Shown: in pieces, positions 52,401 through 64,000 of the stretch
Numbering within the stretch: position 1 is the first letter of the stretch
How the letters are laid out: the number at the start of each line of letters is the position of its first letter
Assembly: GCA_024704765.1 (NCBI GenBank)
Contig: JAKMXF010000332.1
Location: 834,792-898,791, forward strand
Source: Oopsacas minuta
Lineage: Eukaryota > Animalia > Porifera
DNA length: 64,000 nt
Direction of reading: 5' to 3'
Program-made: the position numbers and the translations under genes
Notes under the pieces: model-generated
Seen by the model: only the letters and a program-made list of their open reading frames with translations
What the model was told of the DNA's origin: nothing
Databases searched by the model: none

Positions 52401-52824
52401 ATCCTATAGTATTTGAAATCGATATGATATTCAATTACATTTAGTATTTTTTGTTAGATCTATGATTTCATCTACCATTTATCAGTGATGTAGGAATTAC
52501 TTTATTGCGTTAGTATTATGTACTTCTTGATTCTTGTTCTTTATGGAGTTTATCAAGGAAATTTACAGTGCTTCTCATTTTGGTTTAAATTCACCCGATG
52601 ATATAACGGGGAATATTTTTAGTAACTAAAAAAGGTACTAGACATCGACTACCTAATATCCAGATCGTTACCAACTTTGATTTGAACTCCAGTTTTATTA
52701 CCCTACTTGTTCATAGTGAGGATAGTATAACTTATCATGCCTCTTTATTCTTACCAAAATGAATTATCTACTATTTTGTAGATTACAGTCACGCTTCGCT
52801 TACTTTGTGCACACAATATAAACA

Positions 52825-52885
52825 CCACTTATCCGAAAGCGCCCTGCTGCCAAGTATAGGAAGCAGGATGCTTTCGGACAAGAGG
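52825..52885. other. ~61-nt stem-loop downstream of RPL39
   Basis: cttatccgaaagcgccctgct / agcaggatgctttcggacaag with a 13-nt loop. Confidence 0.45.
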
Positions 52886-53329
52886 ACAAAATTTATGATT
52901 TTACCATAACTGTGGCGTGTAAGTACGCAACAGTTTCATAAAATCACAAATTCGTGACCGATATTAATTCCCCATATAGATAGACAGTAACTGTTTAGGC
53001 TGTTTTTGTATTGCAGTAACTGCTCGAATTTACCAGAATAAATGTATCATCATAGCCTACTCGACAAAAGGCCTTAAAGTAACTGATGGATATTATACCA
53101 GGTGTGCGTTACTCGATCATTTTATTAATTAACCACAATCTTATTTCATTTTCCACTTTTTATGAATAATCGTAACTTTTGAACATGATTCGTAATGTAT
53201 ATAATTAAAATATTCATTTATATTGATTGTCGATCTTACCTCTTCAAATATGTCTCTTCCCTCCATATTATCAATTACATTTTCATGTGTGTTAGCAATA
53301 AACCATTTACTCAATGCCAAGCAGTTGTT

Positions 53330-53958
53330 CCGCCCCTGATTGCAAAGTTACTACTAAAAGATGAGCATCTCCCTGTATTATTTCAATTGCCCCTCAAGCC
53401 TGATGGCCTCAGACACACCTGGCTGCGAGCTCTAATAGGGAAGATATTGGTAATCTGAAAGCCGTCAATGTTTGTGTGAAGCATTTTAGAGAGGGATATG
53501 TTGAGTTCACTCATAAAGTCCCAAACCGAGACGGTACTTATCGTGAAATTCCACGGGGTCACTTCAAGCTGAAATATGGAGCAGTTACAGCTTCGCTACC
53601 AGGATGTCCAGCATACTATTCGACTTATTCTTTTACCAAGCGTAGCCGAATCTCTTTTGAATCCAAAGATGATGAACTCTTGTATAAAGCTTTGAATCTC
53701 AGTTTGAGTTCAGAGATAACGGAGAACGAAAGGTTCTTGATCAAGAATTTCAGGATTTACAAGACAAGTTACCCTTCATTTCTTTATCTAAAATTTTGGT
53801 CAACAGGGTATGATAACGAACGTACGCTAATAGTCATGCGCCATGCGTTAGATAAGGTCAATATTCTTGCTCATGTGTTCTTAAAAGGGTACAACTATAG
53901 TATTGTACCGGAAGGTGATTCCCTTTTAATCGACACTAGGGGTTGTTTGAAGTCATAG
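53330..53958 (+). pseudogene. THAP-domain remnant (5' part of a P-like transposase)
   Basis: LFQLPLKPDGLRHTWLRAL ... VCVKHF ... LKYGAV..LPGCPAYYS, frameshifted. Confidence 0.6.
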
Positions 53959-55092
53959 AGCTCGTGGAATAATGAACAGAGAGGTTTAGAACACTAAATC
54001 GGACTAAATTTGACTAAGTTATAACATTTACTATATAAGCCAAAGTATATGGGAATGTATTGCAATAACTGAATGAAGCCAAATTATACGATATATGTTG
54101 TTTGTATTCACTTTGCTTACGCATCCTATTCTCACACGTTCAACATTTCTATTAGTTTGTATTTTATGTTTTACAGGATTAAAATCTTATGGTTTACTGT
54201 TTGCATTATAACAAATCCTGGTCCGCGTCCAGTAGTATTTGTCCGAAAAATGAAGTGGGGGACGCTCCTAAACCTATTAATAGGCCAGGGCATTCCGTCT
54301 GGGCCCCCAGCACACCCCTGATACTATACTACGTCCATGACTAATCACTATATTCAAGAGAAGTACCCATATCTTAAGCACGCTGTTCCCTCTAATTTTC
54401 TGGGGAAATATGATGGGGATGCTGTCAAAATTCCAGGGGGTACAACCTAAATCCGGTGAAACAGGCTAAAATATTTACATTTCAGGCAATTATCCTGGTG
54501 ATCAAACATTTTCTAGCGAAATACTGGGATTGTTTGGTCTAAAAATGAGAACAACACGGGATAACTGTCACGCTTTAACTGGCCCGATGACTTTGGCGTG
54601 ACATAACCCTGTAACTCTGATTAAACGAACTAAACACGATGCAATTTTGTTGCGTGCGAGACATTTAGGTGAGATAACATAATGTTGAGGGTAAGATGCG
54701 ATCGAGTGGGAGCTGAAATTTTAGTTTGTAATTTGAGCTAAATATTGCAGTGAATTCATATCTGCCACGCACTCTTTCAAAATTAACCCTTAGTTATGCA
54801 ACATATCTTTATTTACACAACAACTACATTTATCTAGGTTTTAGTTTAAAAGGCTAATAAATAGGGTCTATATTCTTAGTAATATATATATATATATATT
54901 GCTACATAAAAAACAACTTAATAAATAGTGAATTAACCCTTGTGAAAGTGTTCAGATTATCTAGTGACTGGGTGTCTGTAGCGGTTACAATTCGGATTAT
55001 GGGTGATACCTAGTACACTATGACTATATTGATGCATATGCTACCAACATTCTAAGAAAATATTTATTTTGATGAAGTATACAGATACTGAT

Positions 55093-56716
55093 TTATATTA
55101 CTGGATATAAATCTCTAATTCCTCTTAGAATAAATCTAAAAATATTTTTCTTATGTCTTCTCCGCCAAGAAGCCTCTATGAGATGGGTCTCAAGTAATTC
55201 AGGATTTGTTGTCTGTCCTCTTTTTACACCTCCCTAACTCCCTTCTATCTTATGGGTGTGTACATGAGTCACTGGGTCTACGAAATCCTTGGAATGATTA
55301 ATTGTGTAATGGGTATATTCAGAGTGACTTAATATATTGTAGGAAGCCCACTCATCAGAATAAATTATTGTTGTGGATGAATGAACCTTTGAATAACACT
55401 GGACAACATTTTGCAACTTATTTTTTATTCCTTGCTCGTTTCAAGTTTACCTAGACTAATATGGCCATGCTGAATCCAAATCTGGCCTTAGATTTTTTCT
55501 AACACGTCACGTTTTTGAGATATGACATATGCACACAACCACCCGTAATTGTCATTTTGGCTAATTTTGGCTGTGCAGAACAAAACATTACATGTAATAA
55601 ACACAGTGATTGCTAGTGAAAATAACAGAATTATCATTTTGCACAATTTAACACAACCCAGGATGATTAAACCAGACAAAAATAACATTGTGTCCTCTCA
55701 AAAGTGATTTATACACTTGCTCTTTCGAGCATGTTCAGTGTCAGTTTCACGCTGGAGAAACCAGCAGTAGTCCCCCATCATGTTTGGGTTAAATCGACCT
55801 CTATACCGCGATTCCATCACGGTATAGAGGTCGAAAATCCAGCAATATTTGTTGTGCAAAAATAACAATCCGACGTATGGTTTTTAGGTTCTCGCCAAAT
55901 CATAGGTACCGCAAATGGCATGGATTTCTTCTTTCCATTAAGCCATTGGATTAGACTGGCATAGCAAACGGTACAGCAGATGTGAGGTGCCCAGTTCTTG
56001 TCTTGGTCACCAATTTTGCAACCAAAGTAATACTTGTAGCCAATCTTGACACGATTGGCAATATTTCTTCGCTGGGGCTTCAGCGTAAATTTTCCACAAA
56101 TATAGCAGAAGTTATCTGGGTGGTTCGTGCATTGTCTTCTGCTCGTATTCATTGTAAACAAAAAGCTTAAATACACAATCAGTTACAAACTAAAAATTCT
56201 GTAAAACAGTAATGTTGTTGGTTTATCGATACAGTCTACAATCCACCCGCAAGTAGGCTAAATAACCCCTCCTTATAGCCATGGCCAAGAACACTCAAGA
56301 ATGCATTAATTGTCAAAAGATAGAACATTACATTTACAAAATAATGTTAATATTAACCGTACATAATATGCATTGTTGACCAACAATTCGCTGGGAAAGA
56401 AAATTGTACAATAGGCCTAACTTGTCTGTATAGTACCTTATAGTATAGTACCAATCAATGCAAAATCCGAATTTCGTGAATTTTCATAACTTGAAATCCT
56501 GACGTGATAGACCAATTCTGATTTCAGATTTGGAATCAGCATCCCAAAGTTAGTCTAGGTAATATATTTTCATTTGAGGAATAAATTTGATGTTGCCCAG
56601 TGTAATTGGCGGAAGAGTGGTTGTTGAGCGATCAGGTACAGTAACCATGATTATATCATCTGTATCCCTCTCAACCATCCCGCATACCCACTGGCTAGTC
56701 AACAGTCTACCTCTAT
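55093..56716 (-). pseudogene. Merlin/IS1595 (ISXO2) transposase, catalytic part, interrupted by a Chapaev3 derivative
   Basis: NRGRLLTSQWVCGMVERDTDDIIMVTVPDRSTTTLPPI|IQRFIHP.TIIYSDEWASY..HYTINHSKDFVDPVTHVHTHKIEG. Confidence 0.85.
55397..56602 (-). mobile_element. Internally deleted Chapaev3-type element (1206 bp), TAA TSD
   Basis: Termini cactggacaacat / atgttgcccagtg with TAA on both sides. It retains the N-terminal Zn domain (55817-56176) and the C-terminal MMGDYCW. Confidence 0.88.
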
Positions 56717-56719
56717 TAC

Positions 56720-58661
56720 AAGCAAAGCAACATTAAAAAGCGAACTTATTCCGAAGACTATTTAAAACTTGGATTTACGAGTATCAACAGTCGTGGTATT
56801 GTAAAGCCGCCACAATGTGTAATTTGTTTCGAGTATTGTCAGCTGAATCTATGAAACCATTCCAGCTAAAAAGACATTTTGAAAAGGAACATCCCTATTA
56901 TAAGGATAAAGTTCTTTCTTTCTTCAACAAAAGGTGGACACTGTAAAGAGGACTAAGCTCGGTGCTACTGGTGATTTTCATACTACTTCAAAATCAGCTC
57001 TAGAAGCCTCTTATATTGTATCATTACGGATTGCGAAAGTAAAGAAACCTCATACAATTGGAGAAGAATTGATACTCCCATGCACAAAAGGCATTGTACG
57101 CTTTATGATTGGCACTGATGCAAAGAGAAAACTTAATAAAATATCTTTGTCCGATAACACTGTGCAGCGTCGAATTATGGATCTTTCTGAGGATATTAAG
57201 AATCAGGTTGTGGGAGAGATTAAAGAATCCCTCTCAGGATGGTTTAGCCTACAGATGGTGCATCATGTGCTCAACTCCTTGTTTTCGTACGGTACATCTA
57301 TAAATCGGATTTTAAAGATGAATTTTGATTTTGTGAACAAATTGACTAGCAAACACGTGGAATCGATATTTACAATAAATTAAATTCCTTTATCGAACGT
57401 GAAGGCCTTATATATGAAAAATTATTACCTATTTGCACAGATGGTGCTCCAGCAATGCTTAATTGTCGTTCTGGATTCATAAAGCACATAAAAGAATCTG
57501 CACCGTATGTTACAGGAACTCACTGTATGATACATAGAGAAGCATTGGCATCAAGGACTTTGCCAGATGCACTGAAATGTGTTTCACAAGTTTCCATCAA
57601 AATTGTAAATTACATTAAATCAACTGCTCTGAATACACGGCTTTTCGGCAATCTTTGCCTTGATAGGGATGCGACGCACATAACGGTTTGTACCAAACAA
57701 AGGTTCGTTGGTTGTTAAAGGGAAATGTACTTAAGCGTCTTCTTGATTTGCATGTAGAGTTAATGAGTTTTTCAAAATACAAAATAAAGAAGACTATAGC
57801 ACTATTTAACGATAATTCTTGGCTCCTGACCCTCTCTTCTCTCGCTGATATCTTCAAAAAGCTAAATATCCTCAACCTTTCATTACAAGGAAGAGAAAGT
57901 TACATTATGGATTTTGTGGAGAAGCTAACTGCTTTCCAAAGTATTCTCGACCTGTGGATAAGGAAAATCGAAGATGGGAGAATGGGCATGTTTTCTAGGG
58001 TCACAAATTTGATTGAAATCCATGATTATCGATTACCTGAAGAGTTGAGAGATGCAATTATTTTACACCTCAAAGCTATGAACGATGATTTTACGCGATA
58101 TTTCCCAGAAATTAGGAAATCAGACTATAATTTAGTTCGAAACCCTTTTATGCAAAAAGTGGAAGATTGTATTACCGATGTTCAGGATGATGCCCTAGAG
58201 GAATTTATAAATTTGATTGATGACTCGGGAGCAAAGGTTGTATTTTCAACGATGAGTGTTCCACAGTTTTGGTGTTCCATGTTACACACCTATCCATTGA
58301 TATCACAAATCGCAATTAAGGCACTACTACCATTTCCTTCTACCTACTTAAGTGAAACAGGTTTCTCCAGTCTACTAATAATTAAAACGAAAATTGAAAT
58401 AGATTGGATGTTGAACATGATTTAAGATGCTGTCTTTCTAAAACCCGAGCCAAGGATTTCTCAACTTGTTGAAAAAAAAACTTTCAATCCTCACATTAAG
58501 CATATAAATGAAAATTTCATTCATAATTATGTATGTATGATTATCTGTAATATTAAGTATAAGCTCTAATATTTAATTTCGTATTGTTATTATGAGGGGG
58601 CGTGAGTATTTCCCACATCAATAAGAGGGGGGCGTAAGCTACAACAGGTTGAAAACCCCTG
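56720..58661 (+). mobile_element. Buster/Charlie-type hAT (FAM200/ZBED-like), 5'-truncated and degenerate
   Basis: KRTYSEDYLKLGF..PQCVIC..SMKP.QLKRH; KPHTIGEELILP; HCMIHREALAS; FPSTYLSETGFS. Right TIR caggttgaaaacccctg, followed by ctttagat. Confidence 0.8.
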
Positions 58662-61154
58662 CTTTAGATGCTACATTGTGATATCTATCCAAAATGGTTG
58701 AGTTTTTTTAAATATAAATACGAAGTTATCAAATTTATAACTCCGAAAGATTTTCCTTAAAATATCGCTAGAAAATCGTGAAAGAAGATAGTCTCTTCGG
58801 GAATACCAAAAAACAGCCATTTCTTGCAAATGTTGTGGAAATACCAGATATACATGCTTAAATTGTCTATATACGCATAATTCTACATAATATTAATGAA
58901 ACCTATCAATATTGTTACAGTTTATGAATTATTCTCAAGAATAGTGCTCCATGGGGCAAAATCCTTTGTATTGGGCAGCGAATATTACGTAAAATTGTAA
59001 TATTTGACTCTGAGGTTGTATGGCACACTGTAGGGATGACATGGCTACAATATAAGCATTAATACCATAACTTATTTTTTACACAATCCACTTTCTGTAA
59101 ATGAGTAACCCTTGTGGCAGGGGGTTATAACCATTTTAGTCAAGGTTGGCCGGACAAAATCCTAAGTATTACCAAAATTATTAAAGATAGAGACAAAATA
59201 TTTACGAGGAGTGGGACAGATATTTATGCCCTCAAAAATCGAGTTTTGGAAATTTGGCCAAAATAGGGTTGACTTACCCCTTATAGAAGGTATAAAAACC
59301 CTTAATATTATAGTTTTCTAGCAAAATCAAATTTTTGCCTACTTCTCCTCATTTGTCCATTGAGAAATAAGTTAAGCCGTTAATAGATTGTAATTTAAGA
59401 TTTTGCTCGCTAGTTTGCTTTATGGCAAATGCAAAAACAAACGTTTGTCTTTGTCTAATCTTGCGTTTTGTCAATTTTTGAAAATTTATTGTGTCATTTC
59501 ACCCTACTATTGCTGACATCAGCTTTATTATTGAATATGAATCAAGGTTCTACTACACTTCATCAACTGTAAGTATTACTCTAACAGTTATCCTCATTGA
59601 GTTATTCGCTTTTAAAATTTTGTGGTTAAGAAGTATGTAAATTGTATCTATTGTGTCGATAATTATTTTCCATTTGCTAGGACTAGTGAATGTGTATTAA
59701 GTTTATTTAATCATATCAATACCATCGTATACTGCATATAAAACCTATTTTGATTCTAGTAATATAATTAGAGTGACTATTGTCCAGTTTTTTTGGGTCA
59801 ATTTGGCTATGTCCAGTTACCTTTGTAAAACGCGCGACTCTCTTTTACAGCATTTTGGTGCGATATTGGTTAGAATACATCCCAACATATTTTACGTTGA
59901 CAAATACAGGTAATATTGCATTAACAATTGTTACTTTAAATAAATACATATAGTCAATGTTTTCAATGCTAGTTCACTATAGGCACAGTAAAAATTAGGA
60001 AGCCGCGGGGAGCTATCTTACAAAATCGTGTTAAAATGCCATTTATAGAGTCGATAAGTGTAAAGGTAGACTCAGCTAGACCTGAGGAATCAATCAAGGG
60101 GTCGTTCGATAGGCTTATGAGACATTTGAGATTGGAATGTTTTCACATTCTTGATGCACTGTCGCCTTGTTAGGGAAATCTCTACAATATTTGTGACGGG
60201 AAACTAAACTCTGATTACTGACAATTTAATAAAAGATGATAATATACTATATTTGAGAAAGTTATACAAATTTTTGAACTTTCCCCTTATGTTCCGACAG
60301 AAGGAGGGAAATTTTTCCACGAAATATGCAAGATCCAGAGTGGATCCCCCTTCATATCAAATTCGGATACCATGCGCTACATCTGGCCAAAAAAAGAACT
60401 TTCTTGCGCAAATGAACAATTCACCCAATATCTTGATATCCTGAATAATTATTTTTTCAAAGGATTTCACGTAAACCTACACTCCCCAGTAGACACTCCG
60501 CTGGCAGTGCTTCAATATCCAAGTCTTCTGTGCTCATTTCTAAAGGCCTTGGATCGCAATGTTTCCAAAGAACAAAAACTGAAGCTCTGAATCATCTTAC
60601 TAATTGAAGAGGGTTCATAATGTCGATCAAGGAATATCAGTTTTTTCTACAAGGAAATTTGAAGCATAAAAGAAAATCATAATGCTCAAAACTCTTTTGT
60701 ATACGTTATATCACGTGAGAACATGCAGAGTCATACAAGCGCGGGAAAGAGCTTATCAAAATGATACAGACTCTAATTACAGGCGACGAAAATTAAGTTA
60801 TCGATAATAATATTTGCTTTTATTGTCGACACCAGAAGTCCATATAGTTTGTTTCATCATTTGTACAATATTCATGTCATTGAATATGTTCAAATATACA
60901 AACAAATAAGCTATTTCAGAGAATCAATCTCAAATACATATCTAGACCAGCCGGCCGTGGGGGCAGTTTTGGTTCAAATTTTAGATTGAGTATTATTACC
61001 TTAGTGTTGAGAATACTAGGACAGAAATCAAGCTTGGGAAGTCATCCTGAAGCAAACAGGGCTGGAAACCCAAAATAGAATTCCCGACTATTTTACAGCA
61101 TTTTAATTCATTCACAAAGTATATGACAATACAACTTCAATACATGACAAAAAT

Positions 61155-62612
61155 TCACAATTTACTTAAGCAGAAATTTCCTATCTTATCATAATTCCAT
61201 AATTTTTGAATTCTGACATTTTTATGAAGTTCATTACAAGATTTGGTTAGTCCACTTCTTAAAAGCGTCAAAATTACATCAAAGGGAATGAATCTAGTGA
61301 TCTGAGGATACATAATTTTTACTCCTTGAGTTTCGGCACTTGCAAATCCGCAAACCATACCCAAAAGGTCATAAGAATGACGATCTATAACCAATCCCCC
61401 ACTTCCTCCAGGATTTATACAACAACTTGCCTGTCCAAATAAAACATTTTCGCCATCCCTAACTACTTTACTCACACAGCCTTTAGTCAGAGCTAAGCTT
61501 GTAATAGCTTCTTCAACAAGAGAGCTTTGGTAAGAAATCGAGTATAATTCTGTAGTAGATAAAATCTCATTACCAACCTCTATATTGATATCAAATTTGT
61601 CTGGAAGTGAACAATAATTGAATTTAGAATTAACCAATAAAGCAATATCTGGGTATACATTCGGTTCAGTCGTAAAAACTATATGAAAGGGAACAAATTT
61701 GGTAATCGGGTAGTTGAGTGAAACTTGGATTGTACTGTCAGACGATAGATTAGCTACAACATGTGCACAAGTTAGGCAAATGTTGTCTGTAATTAAGATA
61801 CCAGTACCGCAAGTATTATTAATTTGTAATTTAACAACACGAGATAAAATAGTTCTGGGAATTATTGAGGAGTATGAAAAAAATGAAATCGGATTAATAA
61901 TTGGTGAAAACCTAGATAGAGGTAGCAATATATCAAAAACTGACAAGCTAATATTAGCATGAGAGAGATACTGGAGTAGCAGTTTCATGATTGAGATAAC
62001 AGGAAATATTGTGGACAAAGTAATATTTGATCCGGTTTCTAAGGCACTATTGAAATCTTTAATCAATAATCCATAAAGATAAGGCTTTTCTTTCTTAAGG
62101 ATATAAACGGGTGCACCACTAAGACCATTGGGAGAAAAAGTATCAATAAGCAGCATGCCTAGAGAACCAATAGTTTTACTAACTATTCCTCTAAATTGAT
62201 TATTCAACAATACTGGGGGGCACAAAGGGCCAAATGGACTTCCAACTACCAAAACACACTCACCCTGGGAGATAGGTGAGCAGGAGAGGTGATTATATGG
62301 TTGCAAGGGTTCAAAATCATAATGTGAAAATGAATGACTTGTAAGACGTACCAGTAATAAATAAGATTGAATATGTTTACTTAGATAGCTGTTGTTAGAA
62401 AATGACGAGGCATATATTACTTCGGCCTCACATTCTACAAATGCAAACTGGTGTGCAGACCCCAACTGTATCCATACCGTAACTTTCAGATGAGGAATAT
62501 CAGATAGGTATTCAGATACGATAGTAAATATCTCTCCTCGCTCAACACTTACTAATATTCCGCTAGAGAATCTGTCCTGAATTAGTAACGAGCAAGGATT
62601 TATTAATGACAT
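61155..62612 (-). CDS. TYSND1: Peroxisomal leader peptide-processing protease (TYSND1/DEG15-like), single exon, C-terminal PTS1 SKL
   Basis: Two trypsin-like modules. VVGSPFG motif. Second-domain triad CAHVV / PDIALL / PGGSGG. Ends CLSKL*. Confidence 0.85.
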   Translation of the reverse strand: MSLINPCSLLIQDRFSSGILVSVERGEIFTIVSEYLSDIPHLKVTVWIQLGSAHQFAFVECEAEVIYASSFSNNSYLSKHIQSYLLLVRLTSHSFSHYDFEPLQPYNHLSCSPISQGECVLVVGSPFGPLCPPVLLNNQFRGIVSKTIGSLGMLLIDTFSPNGLSGAPVYILKKEKPYLYGLLIKDFNSALETGSNITLSTIFPVISIMKLLLQYLSHANISLSVFDILLPLSRFSPIINPISFFSYSSIIPRTILSRVVKLQINNTCGTGILITDNICLTCAHVVANLSSDSTIQVSLNYPITKFVPFHIVFTTEPNVYPDIALLVNSKFNYCSLPDKFDINIEVGNEILSTTELYSISYQSSLVEEAITSLALTKGCVSKVVRDGENVLFGQASCCINPGGSGGLVIDRHSYDLLGMVCGFASAETQGVKIMYPQITRFIPFDVILTLLRSGLTKSCNELHKNVRIQKLWNYDKIGNFCLSKL

Positions 62613-63566
62613 GAAAAACTAAAATAAGCGAAAAAGCTGGTTACTGTTAAAGTTAACCGGGGAATAAATTAATTGAATTGAATAGCTAATCAGTAGAAAT
62701 TCAATAAATGTAAAATATCTTACCTAGCCCATGCCAGAATGTCCAATACGTTTTATCCTGACTATTTGCTAAAAATTATCATAATTAATATTTGTACTTT
62801 CAAAAATATCCACGGTTGGATACTCTCAAAATTCCAAGATCTGTCCAAAACCGTTGAGTTATTATCATTTTTCAGACTGCTATTATTCGATTCTTTAAAC
62901 CACTCAAAGTACAAGCAAATTCATGTACAGTCAATTTTCGCATGCATCACTAAAATCGGATAAATATTTTGATTTTTCGAAAATCCAAAAGGGTTACAAT
63001 ATTACTTAATAATTTCGTCATAGGTGTGAATTTCGGTCCAATACTCGAACTTGCCCGAGCCAGACCAAAAATACCCATGTATGCCCAAAATAAGATTCCA
63101 GGTAAACTCCGGGTGTCCAAGTGATAACCCTTATGTATATATATATATATATATACGGGTATACTGAGGGGAACCGGTGGGACGCCGTTCCCATACTAAA
63201 CTTGAGGGGGAACGCGAAGGCGCTTCTTCATGAAATTTGAATTATTCAACTCAATTTTGAATTTTCAAATTATTGTTCAACATTTTCGTCAACATTTTAT
63301 GACCAAGTATTATACTTTTATATCATCCTATGTTGTGTAGATATCGTTTTTATGTTGGAATGCTTATATCCCTTTAATATTCAACTCAAAAATACTAAAT
63401 ATGGTGGCATCCACGCAGAGCCAGCCATAATTCTTGCGCGCCCCACGCAAAATTATGGTGGCACCCCATGTTTTCCATCAACTGGTAATTGAGTAAGTTA
63501 TTTCGAATGAACTACAATATATAGTTCAATCATAGCCTACTATCTAGGGATGTCCTGCTCAAATTA

Positions 63567-63620
63567 CACAGGTCAACAAAATTTAACTTCATTTTCTCAT
63601 CAAGTCTTAGATTGACATTT
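63567..63620 (+). mobile_element. Left terminus of another Chapaev3-type element (partner end not seen in the window)
   Basis: tta|cacaggtcaacaaaa, identical to the terminus at 34664. Confidence 0.5.
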
Positions 63621-64000
63621 TCTAAGCTAGTTTTTTGCGTTGAATTCAAATCTGCTTTCAGATTCTTTCCAGCACGTCCAGTTTATTTCCATCTACAAGT
63701 CAACTATTTTTATGTATTTCCTAAATTTTTCCTGTTATATATGGTAGTGGCTGTCTTTTTGTCTTCTTACATGATAGCTATCTGAAATAAATCAACGTTT
63801 CGATGTTTTAGATTAATGCCAAGATAATATCAGTCATTATCTTAGCTCTTACATATAATTATTCACATTCATGCATGTATCAACTACTCACAAACTAAGG
63901 GGAAATACATATCCATCTAGAAGTATAAAGGTAGCTAACTAAATTAAAAGTGTTGAGAGTACGACTTCCTTTTATATATCTTGTTGGGATTATCTCTGAA

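Noticed and set aside
47715-56716. The two Merlin fragments as halves of one split element
   Set aside because: On the minus strand the catalytic part comes before the N-terminal part, which is the wrong order for one gene.
54782-59125. TTAACCCT / TAACCCTT ends suggesting piggyBac (54782, 54933, 59105)
   Set aside because: No matching opposite terminus or transposase was found.
1-64000. tRNA, rRNA or snRNA genes
   Set aside because: No cloverleaf, A/B box pair or rRNA signature was recognised.

Overview
AT-rich eukaryotic DNA, probably from an invertebrate animal; the species cannot be determined from the window. By my rough sum about 60-65% is DNA-transposon derived. Only two host genes are recognisable: a 51-aa RPL39 too short for the ORF track (52245-52400, +) and a TYSND1-like peroxisomal protease ending in SKL (61155-62612, -). 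Elements with mapped ends include two Tc1 (DD34E), three mariners, one maT (DD37D), a hAT nested in another hAT, three Chapaev3-type elements (3-bp TWA TSD), a FLYWCH-MULE and several MITEs. Remnants include Merlin, Buster-hAT, THAP/P-like and CxC/KDZ-like sequences. The most unusual region is 37.4-51.1 kb. A 7.7-kb MULE (9-bp TSD) carries its transposase twice as a tail-to-tail palindrome. One arm is interrupted by a 2.8-kb CAC-ended element encoding a protein with RAG1-N-terminal-like Zn motifs and a RAG1/Transib-like core. The other arm supplies the empty site and shows a 5-bp TSD. Next to it is a second long inverted duplication (584-bp arms), again with a transposon in one arm. Family names come from motif recognition only; no database search was run.
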